From Pseudorhodoferax sp. (GTDB lineage: Bacteria > Pseudomonadota > Gammaproteobacteria > Burkholderiales > Burkholderiaceae_C): 64,000 nucleotides of DNA. Numbering within the stretch: the first letter of the stretch is position 1; the number at the start of each line of letters is the position of its first letter. The DNA is taken from contig NZ_JASGJZ010000001.1 in NCBI RefSeq assembly GCF_047601025.1, positions 5,290,691 through 5,354,690 of the forward strand. Reading direction: 5' to 3'. The translations under genes were made by a program, and so were the position numbers. The notes under the pieces were generated by a model, which saw only the letters and a program-made list of their open reading frames with translations, was not told the DNA's origin and made no database searches. Below, piece after piece: positions 47,230-55,973 of this stretch.

Positions 47230-47502
47230 CCATCCAATGCGAAACCATTCCTTGATGGCGAGAACATCGTGATGACCGCAGGCGCTGCCGGCCAACCGTC
47301 CATTGGCAGTATGGGGCAGATGGCGCATCACCTCGAAGTCCTCAAGGCAGCCTCGATCGCGGACCGCCAACTGGCCATGCGTGGCGAGCCGGCGCTGCAT
47401 CCCTCCCATATCGAAATCATCGGCCGGACCTACCGCCCCACCGACGAGGAAGTCGCCTTCTACCGAGGAATGACCGAGCTCGCCGAATCGTTCAAGAACT
47501 GA
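47230..47502 (+). pseudogene. C-terminal remnant of an HpcH/CitE-family (citramalyl-/malyl-CoA lyase-like) gene
   Basis: IVMTAGAAGQPSIG...RGEPALHPSHIEIIGRTYRPTDEEVAFYRGMTELAE aligns with the CitE C-terminus (..[37 protein letters not shown]). No intact N-terminal half is found upstream in any single frame. Confidence 0.5.
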
Positions 47503-47546
47503 TCAGCACCCTGACACACAGACCAACACCCAAGGAGATATCCTAA

Positions 47547-48008
47547 ATGGCAGGCCTTTACTTCGAAGAATTCAAGCCCGGCATGGTGATCGAGCACGCC
47601 ATCCGCCGCACCGTCACCGAGACCGACAACGTGCTGTTCTCGGCCATGACCTACAACTGCGCGCCGCTGCACATCGACGCCGAGTACAGCGCCAAGACCT
47701 TCTACGGCCAGCGCCTGGTCAACAGCATGTTCCTGCTGGCGCTGGTGGCCGGCATCACGGTGTACGAGACCACGCTGGGTACCACGCTGGGCAACCTGGG
47801 CTTCGGCGAGATCGCCTTCCCCAAGCCCACCTTCCACGGCGACACCATCCGCGTGGAAACCGAGATCCTGGAGACCCGCATCTCCAAGAGCCGCAAGGAC
47901 TCGGGCATCGTCACCTTCAAGCACGTGGCCAAGAACCAGCGCGACGAGATCGTCTGCACCGCCGTGCGCACCGGCCTGATGCTGGTTCGCCCCACGAACC
48001 AAGCCTGA
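47547..48008 (+). CDS. MaoC-family (hotdog) enoyl-CoA hydratase/dehydratase
   Basis: 153 aa. FEEFKPGMVIEHAIRRTVTETDNVLFSAMTYNCAPLHID... is a typical MaoC dehydratase N-terminus. Strong RBS AAGGAGA. Confidence 0.85.
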   Translation: MAGLYFEEFKPGMVIEHAIRRTVTETDNVLFSAMTYNCAPLHIDAEYSAKTFYGQRLVNSMFLLALVAGITVYETTLGTTLGNLGFGEIAFPKPTFHGDTIRVETEILETRISKSRKDSGIVTFKHVAKNQRDEIVCTAVRTGLMLVRPTNQA

Positions 48009-48031
48009 TTCACCTTCCAGGAGACTACGAA

Positions 48032-49198
48032 ATGGACTACCAACTCAGCCCCGACCAGCAAGCCATCGTGGACGCCGCGCAAAAGATCTGCGCCGATTTC
48101 CCCCTTGAATACTGGCGCAACAAGGACAAGAACCACGAGTTCCCGCACGAGTTCTTCCAGGCGGTGGCCAGCGGCGGCTGGCTGGGCATCTGCATGCCCG
48201 AGGAGGCTGGCGGCTCCAACCTGGGCGTGACCGAGGCGGCGCTGTTCCTGCGCACGGTGGCCGAGTGCGGTGGCCAGGCAGCCGCCTCCACCATCCACAT
48301 GAACATCTTCGGCCTGCAGCCGGTCGTGCACTTCGGCACCGACGAGCAGAAAGAGCGCTGGCTGCCGCCCTTCGCGCGCGGCGATCACAAGGCCTGCTTC
48401 GCGGTCACCGAGCCGGATACGGGCCTGGACACCACCAAGCTGAAAGTGGTGGCCAAGAAGCAGCCCGACGGCAACTACCTGATCTCGGGCAAGAAGGTCT
48501 TCATCTCGACCGCGCAGGTGGCCGACCACATGCTGATCCTGGCACGCACCACGCCGATCGAGCAGGTCAAGAAGCATGGCGACGGGCTGAGCCTGTTCTA
48601 CACCAAGCTCGACCGCAAGTACGTGGACATCCGCGAGATCGACAAGCTCGGCCGCGCTGCCGTGGACACCAACGAGCTGTTCATCGACAACCTGCCGGTC
48701 TCCAAGGACGAACTGATCGGCGAGGAAGGCAAGGGCCTCAAGTACATCTTCCACGGCATGAACGCGGAACGCGTCTTCGTGGCCGCCGAGCAGGTGGGCA
48801 TGGGCCGCGCCGTGCTCAAGCTGGCGACCCAGTACGCCAAGGAGCGCATCGTGTTCGGCCGCCCCATCGGCCAGAACCAGGGCGTGCAGCACCCGCTGGC
48901 GCGCAACTGGGCCGAACTCGAAGCGGCCAACCACATGATGCTGGCCGCGGCCAGCCTGTACGACCAGGGCCTGTCGTGTGGATCAGAGGCCAACGCGGCC
49001 AAGCTGCTCGCGTCCGAGGCCTGCATGCAGGCCTGCCAGACCGCGATCCTGACGCACGGCGGCTTCGGCTACGCCAAGGAGTACCACGTGGAGCGCTTCA
49101 TGCGCGAGGCCTGGATCGGCTACATCGCCCCTGTCACGCCGCAGCTCATCCTGTCCAACATCGCCGAGCGCAAGCTCGGCCTGCCCAAGTCGTACTGA
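48032..49198 (+). CDS. Acyl-CoA dehydrogenase
   Basis: 388 aa. CFAVTEPDTGLDTT, GKKVFISTAQVAD, ERIVFGRPIGQNQGVQHPLA and the C-terminal YAKEYHVERFMREA. Confidence 0.9.
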   Translation: MDYQLSPDQQAIVDAAQKICADFPLEYWRNKDKNHEFPHEFFQAVASGGWLGICMPEEAGGSNLGVTEAALFLRTVAECGGQAAASTIHMNIFGLQPVVHFGTDEQKERWLPPFARGDHKACFAVTEPDTGLDTTKLKVVAKKQPDGNYLISGKKVFISTAQVADHMLILARTTPIEQVKKHGDGLSLFYTKLDRKYVDIREIDKLGRAAVDTNELFIDNLPVSKDELIGEEGKGLKYIFHGMNAERVFVAAEQVGMGRAVLKLATQYAKERIVFGRPIGQNQGVQHPLARNWAELEAANHMMLAAASLYDQGLSCGSEANAAKLLASEACMQACQTAILTHGGFGYAKEYHVERFMREAWIGYIAPVTPQLILSNIAERKLGLPKSY

Positions 49199-49336
49199 CA
49201 ACGGAATGCCCAGCTTCCCCGCCGGGGCAGGGGAGCCGGGCATCTGACGGGTCTGCAGTGCCCATGAATAAAGTGTCAGCAGCCATCAATACGGTATTGG
49301 CAGGCTGATCGCACAACACGGTTTCGGGAGACAAGC

Positions 49337-50581
49337 ATGTCAGCAAGCAAGCCCCTGGAGGGCATACGCGTTCTCGACTTGACGGTGGCGCTGGCGGGCC
49401 CGTACGGCTCGCTACTGCTGGGCGGGCTGGGCGCGGAGGTGATCCGCGTGGAGTCGCCCAGCGGCGGGGACATCGCCCGCAACAACCCGCCCTACGTGGA
49501 CGACGGGGGCATTCACTTCGGCATCCGCCAGCCCGAGGACGTCTCGCTGTCCATCCTCAACCGCGCGCGCAACAAGAAGAGCATCACGCTGGACCTGAAG
49601 TCGCCGCGGGGCAAGGCGCTGTTCATGCAGCTGGCCTGCGGATGCGACGTGCTGATCGAGAACGCCAGCGAGGGCGCGATGGCCCGGCTCGGGGTGGACT
49701 ACGAGAGCGTGCGCCAGGCCAACCCGAAGATCATCTACGCCTCGGTCAAGGCCTTCGGCGAGCCCAGCCCCTATCCCAAGCTCAAGGGCATGGACATCAT
49801 CGTGCAGGCGCTGTCGGGCATCATGGACGTGACCGGCTTCGCCGACGGCCCGCCCACGCGGCTGGGGCTGCCGCTGGCGGACCTGATCGCGCCGCTGTTC
49901 GCGGTCAACGGCATCCTGTCGGCGCTGATCCACCGCGGGCGCACCGGGGTGGGCCAGCGCGTGCAGGTCTCCATGCTCGACTGCCTGGCCTCGCTGGTGG
50001 CCGAGGAGCATTTCGACGTCTACCTGAAGGAGGGCTACCCGCGGCGCTCGGGCAACTTCCTGGAGCGGCTCACGCCGTTCGGCGTCTACAAGACGCGCGA
50101 CGGCTACGTGGCCCTGGTGGCCTTCCAGCCCGACTGGTTCAAGAACCTCACGCAGGCCATGGGCCAGCCCGATCTGGCGCAGGACCCGCGCTTTGCCGCG
50201 CTGGGGCCGCGCACCAAGAACTCGGTGGAGATCAATGCCGCCATCCAGGCCTGGATGCACCGGCATACGAGCGCCGAAGTCATCCATGAGCTGCAGGAGC
50301 TGCGCGGCGTGCCCTGCGCCCAAGTGCGCACGCCCGAGCAGGTGCTGGCCGATGCGTACCTGCACCAGCGCGGCGCCGTGGTGCCGCTGGAGCACCCGGG
50401 GTTGGCGGCCAGCGGCACCGTGGCCATGGGCATGGGGCTGCCGATCCAGTTCTCCGAATCGCCCGTGCACTTCGACCAGCCGGCCCAGGCGCTGGGCGCG
50501 GCCAACGAGGAGGTCTACCGCGGCCTGCTCAAGCTGTCCGAGGCCGAGCTGGCGCAACTGCGCGAGCAGGGAGTGATCTGA
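49337..50581 (+). CDS. CaiB/BaiF family (class III) CoA-transferase
   Basis: [36 protein letters not shown] is the canonical family III N-terminus. 414 aa. Confidence 0.9.
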   Translation: MSASKPLEGIRVLDLTVALAGPYGSLLLGGLGAEVIRVESPSGGDIARNNPPYVDDGGIHFGIRQPEDVSLSILNRARNKKSITLDLKSPRGKALFMQLACGCDVLIENASEGAMARLGVDYESVRQANPKIIYASVKAFGEPSPYPKLKGMDIIVQALSGIMDVTGFADGPPTRLGLPLADLIAPLFAVNGILSALIHRGRTGVGQRVQVSMLDCLASLVAEEHFDVYLKEGYPRRSGNFLERLTPFGVYKTRDGYVALVAFQPDWFKNLTQAMGQPDLAQDPRFAALGPRTKNSVEINAAIQAWMHRHTSAEVIHELQELRGVPCAQVRTPEQVLADAYLHQRGAVVPLEHPGLAASGTVAMGMGLPIQFSESPVHFDQPAQALGAANEEVYRGLLKLSEAELAQLREQGVI

Positions 50582-50583
50582 GC

Positions 50584-50796
50584 ATGGCCGCCGCGCACGA
50601 ACCCGCATCCGCATCCGCACACGGGCCTGCGCCCGCTCGCCAGGGCCCGCTGGCCGGCGTCAAGGTGGTGGAGATCGCCGGCATCGGCCCAGGCCCGCTG
50701 GCCGCCATGTTCCTGGCCGACCTGGGCGCCACCGTCATCCGCGTGGATCGCAAGGAACCGACGGCAACGCGGCGTTCGACCAGGCCAGGCGCCTGA
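50584..50796 (+). pseudogene. N-terminal stub (~58 aa) of a second class III CoA-transferase (racemase-like)
   Basis: [39 protein letters not shown] matches the family N-terminus. Homology ends near 50758 and a stop follows at 50796. Confidence 0.7.
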
Positions 50797-50942
50797 TCGA
50801 GCAGGCCGGAATGAACCCGCAATGGTCTGGCTCGCCAGCATGCGGAGCATTCCCGCTGCCCCAGCGGCTTTTCCATTCGACTGGATGACACCCGTCATCG
50901 AACGGCCCACCCTGCATCAGGCACCGTGTGCAGATCGATGGC

Positions 50943-51911
50943 TCATGACTTCGGCGATTGGACGATCTCTGGCGCCTTGGCCCATGCGTGGTACGCGGCT
51001 TCCACCAGTTTGCGCAGCCAGATATTGCTGGCATCGCGCTGCGAACGCTCGTGCCAGATCATGCGCGCCGTGAACACTCCTGCATCGAAAGGAAGCGGCT
51101 GCAGCCTGACGGGGAACAGGGCCGCCAATTTCCGGCCCGCCGCCCTGGTCACGGTGCAGATCGCATCGGTCTCCGCCACGGCCTGGGCCGCGACGAAGTC
51201 ACTGGAAACGGTGATGGCCGCATTGCGCTGAATGCCTGCGTGCCGCAAGCGCTCCGAGATGGGATCCATGCTGTCAGAGGCCCGCTGGACGATGATGTGG
51301 CGACCGTCGACATAGTCTTGCAGTCCCGGCGCGGTCGTAGCCCAGCGGCCCTGTGCGGACACCATGCAGACCACCTGGTGGTCTGCCAGCCTCTGCTGGC
51401 GCAGCGATGGGACGGCGCCCACGAGGCTGCCCACGGCCAGATCGGCCTCCCCCTGCTCCAGCATCACCAGCAATCGCGAGTGATGTGCGCGCACGCCGCG
51501 AATGCGGCACTGCGGCGCATGCCGCGCGAACTCGGCGGCCACTGGGGGCAGCACCGCGAACTCGGCGAACTCCGACATGCAGACGACGAACTCCATGCTC
51601 GCGCGCTTCGGATCGAAGTCCTCGGGTGGACGCGACAGCATTTCCCAGTCGCGCAGCAATCGCTGGACCACGGGCTGCAGTTCCAGCATGCGCGGTGTCG
51701 GCTGCAGCCCACTGCCGCCGCGCACGAACAGTTCGTCACCGAAGTGCTCGCGCAGCTTGCGCAGGTTCTGGCTGATGGCCGGCTGGCTGACGCCCAGTGC
51801 CAACGCGGCCTTGGATACGCTGCCGGTATCCAGAATCGCCTGGAGCGTGGCGATCAAGCTGCCATCGATACGGCCCAGCCGACTTGAATTTCCCGGCCTA
51901 AAGATGGACAT
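50943..51911 (-). CDS. LysR-family transcriptional regulator (tandem copy 1)
   Basis: LIATLQAILDTGSVSKAALALGVSQPAISQNLRKLREHFGDELFVRGGSGLQPTP; 322 aa. Confidence 0.9.
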   Translation of the reverse strand: MSIFRPGNSSRLGRIDGSLIATLQAILDTGSVSKAALALGVSQPAISQNLRKLREHFGDELFVRGGSGLQPTPRMLELQPVVQRLLRDWEMLSRPPEDFDPKRASMEFVVCMSEFAEFAVLPPVAAEFARHAPQCRIRGVRAHHSRLLVMLEQGEADLAVGSLVGAVPSLRQQRLADHQVVCMVSAQGRWATTAPGLQDYVDGRHIIVQRASDSMDPISERLRHAGIQRNAAITVSSDFVAAQAVAETDAICTVTRAAGRKLAALFPVRLQPLPFDAGVFTARMIWHERSQRDASNIWLRKLVEAAYHAWAKAPEIVQSPKS

Positions 51912-52154
51912 GATCGCAAATCGTATCGCCTACAAGCATGGACTCTTTATCTCCCAATTCGGCAGTGCAACGGCCGCAGCATTCACCGGCCGTTTTCCGG
52001 CCAGGGCGCCGGCACGGCGATCGCCGCTGCCGCCCAAGTACCGGGATCAGGATGGCGATGGCGAATTCGCAGCCCCTGAGCCCGGATGCGTCCGGCGTCG
52101 ATACCTGCGACGGCTGGGCCCGGCGCTTCGGGCGGCCGATGGCCAGCCAGCACG

Positions 52155-53090
52155 TCATGGTGCCGCAGGCCGGGATGCCGGCCTGCCCTGCACCCAGTCG
52201 CGGTAGGCCGCTTCCACCATGCTGCGCAGCCAGATGTGGCTGGCGTCGTGCTGCAGGCGTTCATGCCAGATCATGCGGACTGGGAACAGGCCGGCGTCGA
52301 ACGGCAGCGGCTGCAGCCGGACCGGGAACAGCGCGGCCATCCGCTGGCCCACGGCCTGGGCGACGGTGCACAGCGCGTCGGTCTCTACCACGGTTCTCGC
52401 CGCGACGAAATCGCTGGAAACGATGATCACCGCGTTGCGCCGGATACCGTGCAGGCGCAGCCGCTCCGACACAGGATCGAAGCTGTCGGCGACGCGCTGC
52501 ACGGCGACGTGCCGGCCATCCACGTAGTCCTGCAGCGATGGCGGCGCGCCGGCCCAGCGGCCCCGGGCCGACACCATGCAGACCATCCGGTGGCCGGCCA
52601 GCCGCTGCTGGCGCAGCGAAGGGGCCGCCCCTGCCAGGCTGCCGGCGGCCAGGTCGACCTCGCCCCGTTCCAGCATGGAGAGCAGCTGGGCATGGTGTAC
52701 GCGCACGCCGTGGATGCGGCATCGGGGCGCGTGCCGCGCGAGTTCGGCGGCGACGCGGGGCAGCACCACGAACTCCGCGACTTCGGACATGCAGATGACG
52801 AACTCCTGCTCAGCGCCTTCGGGATCGAAGGCCCCTGGCGGTCGGGACAGCATCTTCAGGTCGCGCACCAGCTGTTCCACCATGGGCTGCAGCGCCAGCA
52901 TCCGCGAGGTCGGCTGCAGTCCCTGGCCACTGCGCACGAAGAGATCGTCGCCGAAGTGCGCGCGCAGCTTGCGCAGGTTCTGGCTGATGGCCGGCTGGCT
53001 GACACCCAGCGCCAGCGCGGCCCTGGAGACGCTGCCGGTCTTCAGCACGGCCTGCAGCGTCGCCACCAGGTGCAGGTCGATGCGGCTCAT
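52155..53090 (-). CDS. LysR-family transcriptional regulator (tandem copy 2, close paralog of copy 1)
   Basis: LVATLQAVLKTGSVSRAALALGVSQPAISQNLRKLRAHFGDDLFVRSGQGLQPTS. It is collinear with copy 1 along its whole length. ATG at 53090 gives 311 aa. Confidence 0.9.
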   Translation of the reverse strand: MSRIDLHLVATLQAVLKTGSVSRAALALGVSQPAISQNLRKLRAHFGDDLFVRSGQGLQPTSRMLALQPMVEQLVRDLKMLSRPPGAFDPEGAEQEFVICMSEVAEFVVLPRVAAELARHAPRCRIHGVRVHHAQLLSMLERGEVDLAAGSLAGAAPSLRQQRLAGHRMVCMVSARGRWAGAPPSLQDYVDGRHVAVQRVADSFDPVSERLRLHGIRRNAVIIVSSDFVAARTVVETDALCTVAQAVGQRMAALFPVRLQPLPFDAGLFPVRMIWHERLQHDASHIWLRSMVEAAYRDWVQGRPASRPAAP

Positions 53091-53244
53091 CGGGTGGCGC
53101 TCTCGGAGGCGTACCTGGACATAAGTGGCACTTATTCCATTCATAAGCGTGGCCATGTTTCTTCGCACCGGCCTCGCGCATGTAATCACAGCAAATGAGC
53201 AACCCGGTGGCTGCGGATCACAGCCATCCAGCACGGAGACAAGG

Positions 53245-54666
53245 ATGAGCACGATTATTGAGCAGCTGGCCGCGTTCAGCACCGGCACGCGCTTCGAGGA
53301 TCTTCCCGCCGCGGTGGTGGACGAGGTCAAGCGTCTGGTGCTCGATTCCATCGGCTGCGCCTTCGCGGCGGTGGAGCACCCCAAGGGCCGCATCGGCATC
53401 GAGTACGGCCGCCTGGTCGCCGGCCAGGGCAACGCCGCCATCATGGGCACGCCGCACCGCGCTTCCGTGCTGGGCGCGGCCATCGCCAACGGCGAACTGA
53501 TCAATGCCCTGGACATGGACGCCGTCGTGCCGCCAGGCCACGTGACGCCCTACGTGCTCCCCGGGGCGCTCGCCGTCGGAGAAACCTCGGACGCATCCGG
53601 CCGTGACCTCATCTGTGCGGTGGCCGTGGCGCACGAGATGTCGTGGCGCTTCGGCAAGGCCATGGACTACCTGCGCGACATGAAGAACGGCCAGCTCGAC
53701 ACCCCGAAGGTGTTCGGCTTCAGCAGCACCATCTTCGGCGCCACGGCGGCGATCGGCATGCTGCAGCGGCAATCCGCCGACGTGCTGGCGGACTCCCTGA
53801 GCATCGCGGGCTACATCTCCCCCGTGCAGTCGATGATGGCCTTCTTCCACCATTCGCCCAGCACGACCATCAAATACACCATGGCCAGCGCCCTGGTGCA
53901 GTCCGCCATGATGGCCGCGCACATGGGACTGCTGCGGCATCGCGGCGACGTGCAACTGCTGGACGACGCGGAGCATGGCTATGCGCGCTTCATCGGCACC
54001 CAGCGCTGGGCGCCGGAACGGATCACCACGGACCTCGGCAAGACCTGGGGCTTCGTCTCCGAACAGCTCTACAAGCTCTATCCCCACTGCCGCATCCTCC
54101 ATGGTCCGCTGGACTGCCTGACCGAGATCGTGGAGAAGAACGACATCCGTCCGGAGGAGATCGAGAGCATCGACTTGCTGGTGGAAGGATTCGTGGAGAA
54201 GCCCACCTGGCTGACGCAGGACATCCAGCACGTGCACGATGGCCAGTTCAGCATCGCGCACGGCATGGCCATCGGCGCCCATCGCCTGCCGCTGGGCCGC
54301 GACTGGCAGGACCCCAGGCACGTGTTCAGTCCGTCGGTGCTCGGCCTGATGAAGAAGGTCCGGCACCGGGTGCACCCGGACTACGTCAAGGCGCTCTCGT
54401 CCCACGCATCGGCCCGCCCTTCGCGCGTCGAGGTGCGGGCGCGCGGCCAGACCTTCGTGGCCGAGCGGCTCTATCCCAGGGGCAGCCCGTCGCCGGACCC
54501 CGGCAACCTGCTCTCCACCGAGGAACTGATTGCCAAGTTCCACCGCAACGCCGAAGGCGTGGTGTCCCATTCCACGGCAGAGGCGATCGTCCATGCGGTC
54601 ATGGACCTGGACCGGGAGTGCGATGTGGCGATGCTGATGGCCTTGACGACCCACATCCCCGCGTAG
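53245..54666 (+). CDS. MmgE/PrpD-family protein
   Basis: MSTIIEQLAAFSTGTRFEDLPAAVVDEVKRLVLDSIGCAFAA is the canonical PrpD-family N-terminus. 473 aa. Divergent from LysR copy 2. Confidence 0.85.
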   Translation: MSTIIEQLAAFSTGTRFEDLPAAVVDEVKRLVLDSIGCAFAAVEHPKGRIGIEYGRLVAGQGNAAIMGTPHRASVLGAAIANGELINALDMDAVVPPGHVTPYVLPGALAVGETSDASGRDLICAVAVAHEMSWRFGKAMDYLRDMKNGQLDTPKVFGFSSTIFGATAAIGMLQRQSADVLADSLSIAGYISPVQSMMAFFHHSPSTTIKYTMASALVQSAMMAAHMGLLRHRGDVQLLDDAEHGYARFIGTQRWAPERITTDLGKTWGFVSEQLYKLYPHCRILHGPLDCLTEIVEKNDIRPEEIESIDLLVEGFVEKPTWLTQDIQHVHDGQFSIAHGMAIGAHRLPLGRDWQDPRHVFSPSVLGLMKKVRHRVHPDYVKALSSHASARPSRVEVRARGQTFVAERLYPRGSPSPDPGNLLSTEELIAKFHRNAEGVVSHSTAEAIVHAVMDLDRECDVAMLMALTTHIPA

Positions 54667-54744
54667 CGCGCCGCCTCGCTCCGGCATGCGGCACGGGGAT
54701 CGCCGCAGCCGGGCATTTTTCGGACAAGAACAGGAGACACGCCG

Positions 54745-55887
54745 ATGCAACGCCTTCAACAGGCCTGCCGAAGGCCAGCCCGCGTCATCGCATCCGCTGT
54801 GCTGGCCGCCGTCATGGCCACAGCCGCCCAGGCGCAGGACCTCCCCGTGGTATCGATCCAGTCCTCGACCGGCCCGGTGGCCTTCGCGGGCGTGGGCTAC
54901 CAGAGGGGCATCCGCCTGGCGGTCGAGGAGGCCAACGCCAGGGGCGGCATCCATGGCCGCAAGATCAACCTGGTCGAGCGCGACAGCGGCAGCGACAAGG
55001 GCCAGGCGATCCACCTCGTCAGCCAGGCCATCGACCGCGACCGCGCGCTGCTGGTGCTGGGCCCTTCCACCACCACCGACGGCGTGGCCGTGGCCCCGGT
55101 GTTCAACGACAAGAAGACGCCCAGCCTGAGCTTCGCCACCTCCGATGCCGTCCTCAAGCCCGGCCCGTGGATGATGAAGTTCCAGCAGGCGCCCTCGGCC
55201 ATCGCCCCGCTGTCGGCCCGGTACGCGCTGGAGAAGACCTCCATCCGCAAGGTGGCCTTCGTGTACGACCGCACGAACGAGGGGCTGATCGAGTACAAGA
55301 ACTTCTTCCGCGATCCCTTCAAGGCCGGCGGCGGCACCGTCGTGGCCGAAGAGGCCGTCGTCGGCAGCGACGCCAACTTCCTGCCCCTGGCGACCAAGCT
55401 CAAGGCCCTGGACGTGGATGCGGTGTACATCTCCACCTACGGCGAGCAGGCGGCCAACATCATCGTGCAGCTGCGCCAGGCGGGCATGCCCGAGAAGGTG
55501 CGCTACATCGGCACCATCGCCATGGTGACGCAGAAGTTCCTGAGCATGGCGGGCGCGGGTGCCGAAGGCGCCATCGCCGTGTCGGACTACGTCGCCGGCA
55601 TGGACCGCCCGATGAACAAGGCGTTCGAGGCCGGCTTCAAGGCGCGCTGGGGCGTGGAGCCGGACAACTGGGCCGCATCGGCCTACTCGCTCGCCCAGGT
55701 CGGGCTGGCCGCCCTCCAGGCCGCCGGCCCCGACCCCACGCGCGAGGCCGTGCGCGAGGGCTTCCACAAGTTGCGCGACGTGCCCATCGTCGTCGGCTCC
55801 GGGCTGTGGAACCACAAGGATCGCATCCCGGCCTACGGCGCCATCGTCCTCACCGTCAAGGACGGCAGGTTCGTCGCCGCGCCCTGA
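54745..55887 (+). CDS. LivJ-like (type 1 PBP) ABC substrate-binding protein, orphan
   Basis: Signal peptide, then GPVAFAGVGYQRGIRLAVEEANARGGIHGRKINLVERDSGSDKGQA, typical of the Leu/Ile/Val-binding family. No permease genes are adjacent. Confidence 0.8.
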   Translation: MQRLQQACRRPARVIASAVLAAVMATAAQAQDLPVVSIQSSTGPVAFAGVGYQRGIRLAVEEANARGGIHGRKINLVERDSGSDKGQAIHLVSQAIDRDRALLVLGPSTTTDGVAVAPVFNDKKTPSLSFATSDAVLKPGPWMMKFQQAPSAIAPLSARYALEKTSIRKVAFVYDRTNEGLIEYKNFFRDPFKAGGGTVVAEEAVVGSDANFLPLATKLKALDVDAVYISTYGEQAANIIVQLRQAGMPEKVRYIGTIAMVTQKFLSMAGAGAEGAIAVSDYVAGMDRPMNKAFEAGFKARWGVEPDNWAASAYSLAQVGLAALQAAGPDPTREAVREGFHKLRDVPIVVGSGLWNHKDRIPAYGAIVLTVKDGRFVAAP

Positions 55888-55973
55888 GTCCCGGCTGTGC
55901 TCTGCTGACATCTGCGCGCCCACCCTCCCGCGGGAACGCGCGCCGTCCGACGCTTTCGACAAGAGGGTCCGCC

